Assembly (NCBI GenBank): GCA_051942245.1 | Contig: JAVECL010000078.1 | Coordinates: forward strand, 1 to 60,053 | Reading direction: 5' to 3' | DNA length: 60,053 nucleotides | Source: Trypethelium eluteriae | Lineage: Eukaryota | In this document: piece by piece, positions 26,781-37,510 of the stretch | How the letters are laid out: each line of letters opens with the position of its first letter | How positions within the stretch are numbered: position 1 is the first letter of the stretch | Position numbers and translations under genes: made by a program | The notes under the pieces: generated by a model | Told to the model about the DNA's origin: nothing | Databases searched by the model: none | The model's input: only the letters and a program-made list of their open reading frames with translations

Positions 26781-27235
26781 GGTTGTTTTATTGGGCGTCA
26801 ATACCAAGCGTGAACGCATCTATCCCTTCTGTCGATAGACTTCCACCTACTGTCGGTCTTGTACAATCCGGAGACTCTCATAATTCTGCTGATGCACAAA
26901 GTGACCGCGTGCGGAAGGCCTTCAAGATAATGGATAATTGTCCTTCATTGTGTGTCCATGACTTGGCTTCCGGAAATAGAGCGTGTGCTAGCCACCGCCC
27001 ACTCACGTACCTGAAAGTCCGATCGATCATCTTGAACATCGACAATGAAATCTGTTGGTCGTCACTACCGATGCAAGTACCCGGTAGACCATGTGGCAAA
27101 GGACTGCCCATGCGATCCACATTCCTCGGGTGGGATACTCTACATTCCGCACTGCGAGCATCATTCCCACGTCGAACAAGCACTATCAAATGGCTTAGCG
27201 TTTTTCTCGACTAGATTTGTCTTGACACGATTACC

Positions 27236-28810
27236 TCACAGATACACTGCATTCCACGTGATGGGCTCTAAGCGTCTATTGCTCGTGCCAGCTATTCTTG
27301 CTGACGCCAAGCTGTCGAATCCCTTATCTCCCCAGTGCATTTTCTCGCCCGGTCCAACCCAACAATCTACCAGATCGACCAACGTCTGCAGATGCCCGTA
27401 TGCTGCAGGCTGGGGTCCTCTAGGTTTCTGCACGGCTACGCATGTTACTACCACCGCTAGTAGAGCCAAAGGGATAGCAAGATACAGTAGACCTTCCCAA
27501 CTCATGTACATCGTGCCCTTGGTCTCGAACACCGCTACGCCAAAAAGCCAGTGCGTGACAGGGTTCAGAATAAAAAGAAAGAGAGTCTGCCACGTGCCAA
27601 AGAAGCCCACGATATTACCAATGGGGGTTTGCATGTACGTCAAACCAGAAAGGGTCGAAGCTTTGCGCCAGATCTGCTCGTCGACGTAGACATGCATAAC
27701 CAACTCAGCAGCATGTAGCGACAGCGTGAAAGGTATTTGTAATGCGAGAGTAATGAACAAAGCGGAGATAGAGCCTGCAACGATCTTTCCATCACTTACA
27801 GTATCTCCACCCCAGGCATGATAAAATGGTACAACGGGCGAGTTTTGACTTGCCGAACCAGCGAACGAACCGAAGAACTGGATGTTGATCGTCTCGGAGT
27901 GGATATGACCATAACGAGAGATTATGATGATGATAATCGCCCATATGAATGTAATGGCAAAAATCAGCCACAGAGCTGCGATGCTCCAACGCAGATGAGG
28001 GACTGCCCGAAGGGCATTGGCTTGTTTTCGAGCAGGCTGTTGGGGCGTCGAAGGATCGCGACGTCTATCAACTGGGACCAAACTCCGTCCGGGATGATGA
28101 TCCAGTCCTTCGTGAATGCAGGTCAAAGCCGTATTTAGGGGATTGGAGCTCCAGGTCGGAATCAGTCGAGAAGAGCCACGCAGAGCTACCGTAGCAATAA
28201 GCGCTTGACCTGCGATACCAACAGCCAGAGCAAGGAAAGCTACACCATTGACTACAAAGCCGTTGTAATTATTGTTGGCGGTGCGGGGTTGGAGGAAGAG
28301 TTGCGAAGACGCAGCAAATAAAAGCATGAGGAAAAATGCCATAGCAATATTCGTAAAATAATGAGTTGACCAGCCAGTTTTTGTGCCAGTAAGCATCCGA
28401 GGATTAGAGTTGAAGTCCAGACGTCCTTCCCGCCAAAGCGCCCAGCGTACAGAGGCAGTGTGGATACATCCCAAGCAGTCCGTCACGAGCATGATGCATA
28501 TATTGACGGCAAGCTTCACCAATGCTTGACCCACAACGCCGATAGAGACCGAAGGTTGTCCAGAATGACTGCCTGTGCCTGGGAGGGGATCCGTTCCTGT
28601 AGGTAGGTTTTGTGCTGCGGTGAACGCCCATATTCCGAGCGCTACACAGGTAGTTGTAGCAGCCCAACATACGCCGATCCCAAAAATGCAGTAATTGCGA
28701 GTACGTAAGGCTCGATCAAAGGGTGGCAGCTTCGCTGAGGTCGTCTTTTCGAGCTCGTAGACATTGGACCTGTCCGCGCCAACCGTGCTGTAGTCCCATC
28801 GAGGGCTCAT
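27236..28810 (-). CDS. Multi-pass membrane protein of unknown function, intronless
   Basis: Long ORF with several hydrophobic helices. Motif-like segments LRWAL-like VRWALWREGRLDFNSNPR, PTWSSNPLNTA and GPQPAAYGHLQTLVDLVD...WGDKG...AGTS. ATG at 28810. Confidence 0.8.
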   Translation of the reverse strand: MSPRWDYSTVGADRSNVYELEKTTSAKLPPFDRALRTRNYCIFGIGVCWAATTTCVALGIWAFTAAQNLPTGTDPLPGTGSHSGQPSVSIGVVGQALVKLAVNICIMLVTDCLGCIHTASVRWALWREGRLDFNSNPRMLTGTKTGWSTHYFTNIAMAFFLMLLFAASSQLFLQPRTANNNYNGFVVNGVAFLALAVGIAGQALIATVALRGSSRLIPTWSSNPLNTALTCIHEGLDHHPGRSLVPVDRRRDPSTPQQPARKQANALRAVPHLRWSIAALWLIFAITFIWAIIIIIISRYGHIHSETINIQFFGSFAGSASQNSPVVPFYHAWGGDTVSDGKIVAGSISALFITLALQIPFTLSLHAAELVMHVYVDEQIWRKASTLSGLTYMQTPIGNIVGFFGTWQTLFLFILNPVTHWLFGVAVFETKGTMYMSWEGLLYLAIPLALLAVVVTCVAVQKPRGPQPAAYGHLQTLVDLVDCWVGPGEKMHWGDKGFDSLASARIAGTSNRRLEPITWNAVYL

Positions 28811-29988
28811 TGTGATGTGGGCAAAGAGTGATCTTGTCCCTGCGCAAGCGCGAAATTTCGCAAATCCTATAACATATCGCCTTTGCAAAAGTCACGGGAT
28901 AGCACCGATACAAATATGAGAGACAGGCCGAGTTCCCAGAACGCTAGTTGTCGGGGTTGACCGTCGCTTGTGTCTCCAAAGTCGAGAGCAACAGCCCAGG
29001 AAGGCAAGGTCTTGAGGAGGTCCACAATATGGAATGTTGATAGATCTGAAAAGTTGGATAAGGAAGGAGATCAAAGTCTAGCTGTACCGCAAGAACACTT
29101 GAGAGTCGTCATTCACTCTACGGAGGGGCATAAGAACAATGGAAAGAGGCTGCGAGGAATGAAAGTGCGATCTACGCACAGCCGCGATTACGTCGTCCGC
29201 GGTGTCACGTTGGAAGGGTGACCCCAGTTGATCAAGGAATCGAACATCGTTCCTTAACTTCCTTTCCCGTTTGCCTCGCCAGCAAGGCCAAGCGCTGGTC
29301 TTACTCGAAACAAGGCTCAGTGCGCTATGGTCCAGTCAAGGCTTGATGGTTTCCAAGCGTTGCGGCGAATCCGCGCCCCTGAGTATGACACCGATGAGGT
29401 CATTTCTGGCTCGTGCACGGCATCCTTGTTGATACAGCCTGGAAATAGAACAAGGGCCACTGCTGCCGCGTGATAACGCGTCTGATGGGATCAACTACTT
29501 CACAAACCTATTATATATACTATTCATGGTGCGGCCTTTGAACTCAAAGCGGGTGTGACGCTATAGAAGAAGGTCTTTCGTATCCCAGAGTAAATCAGGG
29601 GATGTGGCGACGACGCGATTGCAACTTTCATGCGCCCGAGATTGGACGTGTTCCGGAGTGACCATAGCACAAGACTTATACATATGGGGATTCTCGATGC
29701 CTTGAAAATTCCATAGTTGCTTGAATTCAAAACTAAATTTTTGTTTTCCTCTACGGAGTGCGTTCCTTGATGCAGGGACAGACGTTAAGTGTAAAAGACA
29801 TACCATTAGTGTCATCTGAATGTTTAAAACAGCTGCATTTGTGTATCTTTGTGACACCTAACATGACCTATGGAGATGGAACATGACCCAGAAATGAAGA
29901 AGCAGACTTAATCAATTTAATGCCTCAAAACAGCAGAGCTATTTGTATATTGCGGGATTAGTAGAATCTAATACATACTCTATGCGCT

Positions 29989-31140
29989 TTACCCGCTAGC
30001 TTCTGTGTGGTTAGGAACGACAGTGTTCGCGTTCTTGTTCTGCTGCTTCTTTTGCGCTTTGATCATGTTCGGATCCGGGTACGCCGCCTCGGAGATACGC
30101 TGCCATTCCGTGTCGGCTTCAAAGTCTTGGTGAACAGACGTAATCAGCTTTACAAGTCCCTCTTCGACAATCTTCTTAGCGAGCTGGGGCGTCAACAGAT
30201 CGGACTCATAAGCAATGACCACCTCAGCGAAACAAGTGAACGTGGTAGGATCTGACTGGTCTTTCAGCGTTGCAGTGATGGCTGCCTTCCCATCTTGAGA
30301 CTGCAGTTGGGAGTATGGGAGCAAGACATGCTGGATAAATGCCAGGAGACCATTGCCTTCGAGCTCACGGGGAGCACAATACGCCTTAGCAATCTTCTTC
30401 CGTATCGTTTCCGGATCATCCACTAGATCGATCTTAGATTTGGGATCCGAACTGCTTATCTTGCCGCCAGCTAAACCAGGCACCATGGGATTCATGAGAT
30501 GCGCTCGCACCTTGAAGCCAACCTTGTTCATTGTGTCATTTGCTAGAGCAAACGTCTTTCGCTGCTCGATCCCGCCGAACTCAGCATCGACATCCAGGTA
30601 TTCCTCGTCCAATAGCTGCATCATAGGATAGATACCGTCAGCCATGACCGGTTCGCCTGTACTTTTGACAATCTGGCTACTGGCCTTGACAGCATCGTGG
30701 ACAGATACGCGCTTGCTGAGTCGCAGCAAGTCACTAGAGAACTCTGGCGTAAGCTGGTAAGAGCTTCCCCGGACAAACTCAAGATTGTCTAGCTTAACTC
30801 CAACAGCTCGCAGTAGGGCTCCAATAACTCGCTCATAGTACTGCGCTCTGCTCTCCAGGACACCTTCGGGAACCTTATCCGCATCTAGGAAACCATGAAG
30901 ATCAGCCAGTAGGACCTTGACCTTGCATCCAGCCTGGAGGAACTGGGCAATCTTGATGGCTAGTACGAAGTACGCTGCATGCGGTCGCCCAGTGGTTGCC
31001 GTACCCTGGTAGAGCTTGAGCGGGCGGACCGGCAAAATCTCTCGAATAAAATCACCACGAATGACCTCCTGAAGGTTGGATGTAATGAGCTCGTACTTCT
31101 GGTCGACCGTGAGCGCTTGATGAGAAGGTAGCGCAGACAT
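29989..31140 (-). CDS. Tyrosyl-tRNA synthetase paralogue (eukaryotic/archaeal type), divergent and intronless
   Basis: LKLYQGTATTGRPHAAYF (HIGH region), VLLADLHGFLD, LEFVRGSSYQL, IYPMMQLLDEEYLDVDAEFGGIEQRK, HLMNPMVPGLAGGKISSSDPKSKIDL, KKIAKAYCAP. Single uninterrupted 383-aa ORF. Confidence 0.93.
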   Translation of the reverse strand: MSALPSHQALTVDQKYELITSNLQEVIRGDFIREILPVRPLKLYQGTATTGRPHAAYFVLAIKIAQFLQAGCKVKVLLADLHGFLDADKVPEGVLESRAQYYERVIGALLRAVGVKLDNLEFVRGSSYQLTPEFSSDLLRLSKRVSVHDAVKASSQIVKSTGEPVMADGIYPMMQLLDEEYLDVDAEFGGIEQRKTFALANDTMNKVGFKVRAHLMNPMVPGLAGGKISSSDPKSKIDLVDDPETIRKKIAKAYCAPRELEGNGLLAFIQHVLLPYSQLQSQDGKAAITATLKDQSDPTTFTCFAEVVIAYESDLLTPQLAKKIVEEGLVKLITSVHQDFEADTEWQRISEAAYPDPNMIKAQKKQQNKNANTVVPNHTEASG

Positions 31141-31726
31141 GATAAATATGTTGTTTAATTGGTGGGGAGTGAGTGCGAAAGCAAGTCAAACACAAACTGA
31201 AATCTGATGTCCGTTTGATAGTGGCTTATCGTGCGGAACGCTTGTTTGCTGCGGACGCAAGTCTTCCAATCTGTTAAACACCGGGCCGCACTTTTCATTT
31301 GACATCCGATTTTTAACCACCAGTATCCCCCTATGCTCAACAGAAAGGACAGCTGGAATTTCGAAGAGAAACGTCGTCGGCTCTCATGCCATGAAGGAGC
31401 TGAATCTGGAACGGGAGAAATCTATTGGCCTTTTTGAGATGCCGCGCAGGCTATGTTTGGAATATTCTGCAGTTGTAAAGTGTGGAAACTCCGAGAATCA
31501 TAGCAGATTGCCTCGTGTGAAGTGGCTTTTCGTCTTTTCATCCTATCATGAAGGTGTTGTCAATAAAAGCTAGGAGAGATCGCGAAGAGATATGGGAGAA
31601 TCCGACTATTAACGTTCCTTCACATTGAAACTCATTTTCTTCATTTTTGTCGTCATAGCCAACGTTGACGTTGCGTACCCTTGATCTTTGGAAACAAAGA
31701 CTATCACGACTGTAGAGCTTGCCTTT

Positions 31727-32394
31727 ATGGGTGCGTCTGCCGAGGATCAACCCAAGGAGGTGGTCTACAAAGCATGAGGTTTGGCTATCTCCGAGTTTTG
31801 GGTCCTGGATATCGTTAGTACGTGTGCTTGGGGATGTAGCACTGCTCAGTATCTTATTTTACTATTCCGGGCCAACGTGGGCAATAATCATCTCGACATC
31901 GGTACTGGCACGGGATACTACCTGCGCAATGCCGGAATACCGACCTCTAGCAGCTGACTCTCGTTGACAATGAACGACCGGCGCTGGAGGTGGGTCTGAA
32001 GAGGTCAAAACGACCAGATGCGAAGGGCATTGTTGCCAACATCATAGAACCGCTCGACATTATGGAAAAGTTTGACTCAGTCTCCATGTATTACCTACTG
32101 CACTGCATTCCAGCTACGGTGGAAGAAAAGGGTCGTATCTTCTCGCACAAATATAACATAACGGACAATGGTGTCATCCACGGAGCGAATGTGCTGGATA
32201 GGGGTGTTCCGAAGGACAACCGCTTCACTGCTCACATCCGGCGTGGCGTTCTGAGAGCCGGCATCTTTCATAACAGGGACGATAATGCCTATGATTCCAA
32301 GCATGCGCTTAGACAAAATTTCCAAAACGTCGAGACCTGGGTTGTGGGGTCTGTCTTTATGTTCAAGGCTCAGAAACCCAAGTACGATGACTGA
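31727..32394 (+). pseudogene. Class I SAM-dependent methyltransferase (VrtF-like family) pseudogene
   Basis: MGASAEDQPKEVVYKA*GLAISEFWVLDIVSTCAWGCST...NHLDIGTGTGYYL (motif I), frameshift near 31953, then LTLVDNE...KFDSVSMYYLLHCIP. In-frame TGA at 31775-31777. Confidence 0.8.
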
Positions 32395-32562
32395 GCTATT
32401 GGGTTTTGCACAATTTTGACTGGCTCACTGTCAAACGGAATTGGACGGCTTCTATTGCGCGGAATTGATGTAGCGCATCCACCTTGGCAAACTGTTGAAG
32501 TTTCCTGTGCGACTTTAGGAAGAGTCGTCCGCATGTGTTCTAAGCGTTGTGGATGAAGTAGT

Positions 32563-33053
32563 TCAGTACTTGGCCTGATCCTGCTCATGCGCCGTGGTTT
32601 TATCCTTGATGGGCTGGAACAGCCAGGCTTTGTCAATCTTGCGGTTGACGTACAAGAGCTCCATGGGATCCATATTCCTCGTATTAACGCCGAAGTCAGC
32701 TGCACCACCGTCTGGCTTCTTTTCTTCAAATGGCCACCAATAGCATCTACGTTCAGGCAAAGAATTTCAGCCAACCCATTGAGATCCACAAACGATGAGC
32801 CGGTTGAGACTTACACGCATCCGCACTTCTCACAGAAATTGAATGAATTCTCTCTATCTCCCCAAACGTACCGAGAGAGTTTGGCACCTTCTTTCATGTC
32901 AAATTTGACTTCATTCACTTTGTAGTACGCCCAAGCGGCTGCGTAGCGCCGACAGATTGTACATTGACATTCGTTGATTTCCTCTGGTTGATGAGGCACG
33001 ATCACGGTGATGGCGCCACAATGGCAGGTGGATTTGAGGGATTTGCCCGCCAT
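32563..33053 (-). CDS. GFA/CENP-V (Mss4-like) zinc-binding protein
   Basis: TCHCGAI, ECQCTICRRYAAAWAYY, FCEKCGC, GVNTR. Intron 32747-32814 (GTAAGT...TAG). Confidence 0.9.
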
Positions 33054-34251
33054 CTTAATCGAAAGGCCAGACCAGAGCAGAGTGGGATAAAAAGGTCTGA
33101 GTTGGATACAGGGACTGGGGTTCTAATGATTCTTTCAAGAGAAGGATATTTTATTGTTGAGGGAAACGGAGAGGACGGTGCGCGATAACGGCCAACCGCC
33201 AGGCGGCCACTTGGGCTTCCGCCGCTAGAGTAGCGTGTTATCCCATTCTTAGATCACGTAAGTGAGAAAGACATGGAGTCCAGGTGGAGGGACTGTGTAG
33301 GTTGACAGGTACGACTGGTCAGATGACTCGGAGAACTGCCCAGAAGACGGTCAGCCTATGTACAGGTCAAGGCGAAATACCACTTACACTTCATTTCATG
33401 CGCCATAGTTCGTGCACACAGCAAGATCTCAAGCTCATGGATGTCTTTCATGTGTTCCTCTTTGGAGCCGGCGACATCGAGTTGCAGCGAAGCTAAACTG
33501 GTACGACTAGCGGAGCCGAGATTAGACCGGTGGCTTGTTTTCTCCCTCACAGCCTGGTGCCTCTCTATTAACTCATGGCTCCAGTTTGGACAATCGATGA
33601 TGATTAGCACTCGAGGTACTGTACCTCGGGAACCAGACTGCAGGAAAGATTCCTCTCAGGGTTTTCGAGGATGCACGTCAAGACGCTGCGTGGCGTGCGT
33701 AGGACGAGCCCGTCAATCCTTCAGGGCAATTTTCTGCCGTGCCTTCGGCGCCATCGGATCGCATTTTACGCTCCAATGAGTCGTGTAAAGGCCTTACCGG
33801 GCATGTCTCAGCCTCGTCGCTTCAGCTCGACCTAAAAAGGATTTATCCAGTCCGACTGCCCGCCCCAGCCAGAGTTGGCGCCGGCGCCTGCCGGGCAGGT
33901 GCTTGTGTACAGTACTGTAAAAAGCTAACGCCGAAGACAATCAATAAAAATCCCTTGCTGCTCGGTCGATATGCAACCTATCATGACAACGGCGTTGTTG
34001 GAGATTCTGCCTTTCGTAGTTCTTCCTAACTAGTTGACCCCCCGTCAAGCACACCCACTTGATTATTTTCAATGATCTGACAATCGCGTGTGGCGCTGTG
34101 CCGTTAGAAGCAGCCTGGTGTTTTACTCTTTTACAGTGCATTTCTCAGACATATCTGACTCCGATGCTTCTGAGGACCCTGCCACAAACAAACACTGAGA
34201 TCACTGTCAGCTCTACTGTATTTCTTTCCTAGAAGTGTGCAATTTGTAACC

Positions 34252-35486
34252 ATGGCTTCTAATGTTGGAGAACCTGCAAAAGTCTACAATGGTAAGTCTC
34301 TTCCCCATTCTTGAACCCATCATTTGGCATGATCATCTCATTTCCCGTCTCGCTATCAGCACTGTCAGAATTGATTGTCCTAGTTGACCTGCACTAAGCT
34401 AATTAGTCTGTCCTCTATAGACCCCATCTATGTCGGCATCATTGGGGGCACTGGCCTCCAATCTTTCTCCTCATTTGTCCCCGTCGCCACCCTGAATCCT
34501 ACTACCCCTTGGGGCAATCCGTCTTCTCCAATCTCTGTCCTTCACTACCATTCCCCAGTTACTAGTACTACTATCCCTGTTGCTTTTCTTTCTCGTCATG
34601 GTCTCCACCATGAACTGGCTCCACATGAAGTGCCCTCTCGTGCTAATATTGCCGCCCTCCGCACCCTTGGGGTCCGCACGATTGTTGCATTCTCAGCTGT
34701 AGGCAGCTTGCAGGAAGACTTGAAACCAAGGGACTTCCTAATCCCAGATCAAATCATCGACCGCACGAAGGGAGTTCGGCCATTTACCTTCTTCGAGGGT
34801 GGAATGGTGGGCCATGTAGGGTTCGGGGATCCATTTGATGAGGCGCTAGGAAAAATTGTAAGTAAGTGTGGGCATAGCCTCATTGGGGATGAGGTTAAAC
34901 TGCATAACGGCGGAACGCTTGTGTGTATGGGTATGAATCACTTCTCCTATTAATTCTCCTTTCTCGATAATTGTCAGTCAAGAGACCTAAAAATGGACCT
35001 GTGTTGGGTCTCTCATTGGTATTGCTATCGTTATGGATATGGTGGGCGTATCTATTTCCTGCTGACCCACTCTCGTGCAATACTACAGAAGGACCCCAAT
35101 TTTCTACACGCGCTGAATCGAATCTCTACCATAGTTGGGGCGGTACCGCGATAAACATGTCTGTTATCCCAGAGGCTAAACTCGCTCGAGAAGCCGAAAT
35201 CGCATATCAGATGATCTGTATGTCTACGGACTATGACTGCTGGCACACATCCGAAGCCGTGACCGTGGAGATGGTGATCGGTAACATGAAAGCGAACGCG
35301 GACAATGCAAGGAGGCTCGTAGGCGCGGTACTAGATGAGCTAAGTAAGGAAGAGCATCAAGAGCTGGTACGAGCCAAGCACTTGGAGGGGCAAGTAAAAT
35401 TTGCCGGCACAGTGACAGGGAAAGAGGGGAGGAGCAAAGAGGCATTGGAGAGACTGCATTGGTTGTTTCCCGGCTATTTCACGTAG
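34252..35486 (+). CDS. MEU1: S-methyl-5'-thioadenosine phosphorylase (MTAP)
   Basis: [57 protein letters not shown]. Introns 34292-34420 and 34931-35088. Confidence 0.93.
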
Positions 35487-36168
35487 CCAAATCGAAAAGG
35501 AGACCCAAAAAGCGATACGTTAAACCGGACCAGCTTCAACGCACTATCAATTTTACATAAAATGATTAGATTTCTCTCATGCTTTCCGGTCACTATGAGC
35601 CGGCATCGATATCTCCCTTATAGTGAACTGTGATGGCATGACTATATGCAGACGGAGCTGGACTAGTCCTGTGGCGTTCCTCGTTGGAACATTATCATGG
35701 AGAGCTCTTAAATCTTCAATCAAATAGTGATTTCTTCCCTTTTCGAAGACGTCACTGAGCAGATATTCTCTCTGGCCTTCATACGGTATGTTCGTTTTGT
35801 GTGGTATGTAAATTGAAATATAAATTAATATTAGTTTTCGACTCTCCGTTATCTACATAGATCAAGCAAGTCCGCCTCGCTCATGATTAATGTTCTATGA
35901 CAAGCGCTGCGTGCCTGAAAGGTAGACTGCATCAAGTCTAAAGGTATTAGAGAAGGCGGCAACACATTTGAAGTTCGTATTAACTTCCCACCATATGCCC
36001 TGAAGAATTTCTTCGATCCTTGCTAACCTCCACTGAGAGATCCTCTGCAGTCGACCAATCCTCGCGCCGCAGCCATAATAATTTGCGGGGTACGGTAGCT
36101 TGGTATTCAAGCTCTGACCCTACTGCTTTCTCAAAGCGTGACTCGAATTCCAAAAGCCGTTGCCTTGT

Positions 36169-37510
36169 TCAACGAGACAAACTCGCAGGCAGCAATCTCC
36201 TGCCTATCCTTCGCATACGTCCCATGTGCTTCTTCTTTTCCAGATTTCTCTTATCCAGTGCTTCTTGCTCACTCAACAGAGCACCCTGCCCAAAGTCCGG
36301 TGTCCCCCCTAGCGTCCCAAAGATATCACCAATGTAGTTCGTTGCATTGACGCCTTTCTTAAACGTGCGTTCCCAACCGTTGATAATCCCCTCGACAACC
36401 TTTACACCCGCAAGGTAGACGTTCTGCAAGGCCGGTTCGTATCCATAGTCGGCCGCATAGAATAGGTTATACTGCGGTGATGATCCAGGATAAGGTCGGT
36501 CGAAGTCGGAGGCGGTGCGCATTACAATAATCCGAGAGAAATCGACAAGGCCTGAGACCGCGCCTCGTAGTAGAGCTTCAAGGGTTGCATTGTCTTCCTG
36601 ACCGGTAGTACAATAAACTCCTGAGCCGTTAGTCATGAGTTTCGTAAAGTTACCAAATGCTTCGCCAAGTAAAGCTCCACTAAAATATACGTCGGAAGTT
36701 GCGACATCACATTCAACGACGCTCGGAGGGCTTGATCCAGCAGTGTAGGCTGGAGAGGTGTAAAGCGCACGATATGCTGCGGCATCAGATGTATCGTTCA
36801 GAAGGGCCGTCTTCGCAAAGCCAGCGGCAAGGCTGCGCAAGGCAGCGTTGACTTCCAGAACTTCAGTCCCGTAGATAAAGGTCGGATACTGACCAGGCGC
36901 GTAAGCGCCCTGTCCAAGGTAACCAGTGGACCAGTTGGATGGTATCTCGCGGGCATCGAACTGGTACTCCAGGGCTACTTGAACAGCGTAGCGAGCGAAA
37001 GTGACTGAGCTCAGAGTTGCGACTTCAGGGTTGACTCCAGCAATACCAGCAATGAGGAAATAGGTCGACGTAAGGTCGAAGCAATTCGATTGGATCAGTG
37101 AAGTAATTGTGGCTGCTGCATTGATTTCTGTGAGATCTAGGATTAGCGATCTATTTGCTCTTTCAGTCATCAGTGAGCTCGTAATTCGACGAAGGAAAAT
37201 GTATGCACACACCGGCCTCCCCTGTCACGAGCTGGCAAATTTCCCCAGTGGCTGTACAGTGCGCATCTGGGTACAGCGTGGAGAACCCAGGAACGGTGAT
37301 GTTCTTGGCCAAGAGATTAAATTCTGGTATTCCATACCACACATCGCCCTCAGGTTCGAACATGCTTATGATGAACACCTTCGGTTTGACGACATCTGTT
37401 CTGGCCGCTCCTCTAGGCACTCCACGAGCTCGTGTTGGGATTGCCTCTGTAAATTGTGACAGAGCCGAGCAGAACGCAAGCACCTGGCTCGCGGTCGTGG
37501 AGAACCGCAT
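36169..37510 (-). CDS. Purine nucleoside permease (NUP family), signal-peptide bearing
   Basis: KPKVFIISMFEPE, TGEA/EINAAATI, YFLIAGIAG, ATSDVYFSG, YCTTGQEDNATLEAL, RTASDFDRP, NYIGDIFGTLGGTPDFG. Intron 37128-37212. Confidence 0.88.

Noticed and set aside
26762..27689. Plus-strand ORFs of 150 and 214 aa
   Set aside because: Largely antisense to the membrane-protein gene or intergenic, with no motifs.
3469..31777. TGA at expected Trp positions in two genes (3469 and 31775), suggesting TGA=Trp recoding
   Set aside because: Intact genes here use TGG for Trp and several end in TGA. The methyltransferase also has a frameshift, so plain G-to-A mutation explains it.
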